A stretch of 64,000 nt of DNA, from assembly GCA_030704615.1 (NCBI GenBank), contig CM060731.1, forward strand, positions 9,548,001 to 9,612,000, given 5' to 3'. The DNA is from Takakia lepidozioides (Eukaryota; Plantae; Bryophyta). Below, in pieces: positions 63,043-64,000 of this stretch (position 1 is the stretch's first letter; every line of letters starts with the position of its first letter). The notes below the pieces were generated by a model that saw nothing but the letters and a program-made list of their open reading frames with translations, did not search any database and was not told the DNA's origin. A program made the translations under genes and the position numbers.

Positions 63043-64000
63043 CTGCCCAATCCACCGAATTCCATCAGCATTAACAATCTCACTACAATCTATCTTCGCG
63101 ACCTCAGATTCATTGCAATGAGCTTGTTCCACTACAGCTTTCAGTGGTGTCACTTGATCTATAATGCCCACCAATCACCACCACCTGAATACCTTGACAA
63201 CACTCAACATGGCACTTTCACCACCACACCTTACCGATGCAATTTTCCGGTACGCATGCTTCCGAAAGAACTTCTGCGGTATGAACAAAAGAAAGATAGC
63301 AATGGCCCAAGGGACAGAGGACAGAAACAGAGAGAGGTAATCATGACCTACACAATTGGAGAGTACTCCAAGTCGAGATTTGGTTTGCTTTTTTGCGGGT
63401 TCTGAGGGAGGGATTGGCACAGCACATCTCCATCACGACGCTCTTTCACACATCCCCTGCGTGCAACCTGACAGTCGAAGAAATGTGTTGTCCAGTGAGT
63501 ACTGCACTGAATTCTAGCAATGATCCCTTTTGTACCGAACCTGTTCTCCCTCCTGGGCCATGCCGTACTGTTAAGGGAGGGAGGGCAAACGGTCGCCAAT
63601 GGCAGTGCTGCATTCAAGCTGCTGCAGGCGACCCTTCAGACGACCCTTCAACAGCACGCTTGCATGAACAATCCCAAACTGCTCCGCCTCACACCTGCAC
63701 AGTCGCCTTCCTTTGCACATATAACTAACTGACAGTAACTGCACTTTCAGCCTATCTGACCGTTGGGGAAGGCTCGAAAAGCGTAATCTGAGAGTGGTGG
63801 TGACATCAGCTTTTCGCTCAATATAGGAGGCGCTATTTTAAGACTAAAGAGAACCATCAAAGGATTCAGATCACGAACTAGAAAGGCAAAAGTTATGAAA
63901 GGAGCTTGTCTAGTCGAGGGAGAAAAGCATGGAAAGAGCGTATGAAAGGAGGTCGGGGCCAGATCTCAAACCAAGCACGCACAGTCAAACAAACAATCAG

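Overview
Eukaryotic nuclear DNA, most likely from a non-seed land plant with flagellated sperm (inferred from plant genes plus cilia-associated genes; the species cannot be identified from sequence alone). There are five spliced host genes: a ureide permease (17.6-21.9 kb, +), an RP2/TBCC-domain gene (~42.4-46.1 kb, -), VIPP1 (46.3-50.4 kb, +), a PhyH-family 2OG-Fe(II) dioxygenase (52.7-60.6 kb, +) and alpha-tubulin acetyltransferase ATAT1/MEC-17 (~61.2-63.0 kb, -). They sit among nested transposons. Main points of interest: (1) a rearranged Ty3/gypsy retrotransposon whose pol carries a DNMT3-like C5-cytosine methyltransferase between protease and RT, with a PHD finger at the end of the integrase; (2) two inverted copies of a P-element-superfamily DNA transposon, one with both ends (16-bp TIRs, 8-bp TSD) inserted in an L1; (3) an RTE/RTEX-like LINE family without a poly(A) tail that repeatedly inserts at TCT-starting sites, mostly in introns and into its own copies; (4) host introns with G/purine-rich acceptors instead of polypyrimidine tracts; (5) a compact, hairpin-rich element with Pol III box-like motifs at 14.1-14.3 kb. 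Exon boundaries were read by eye (GT-AG plus frame continuity). Family assignments rest on motif recognition, not on database searches.
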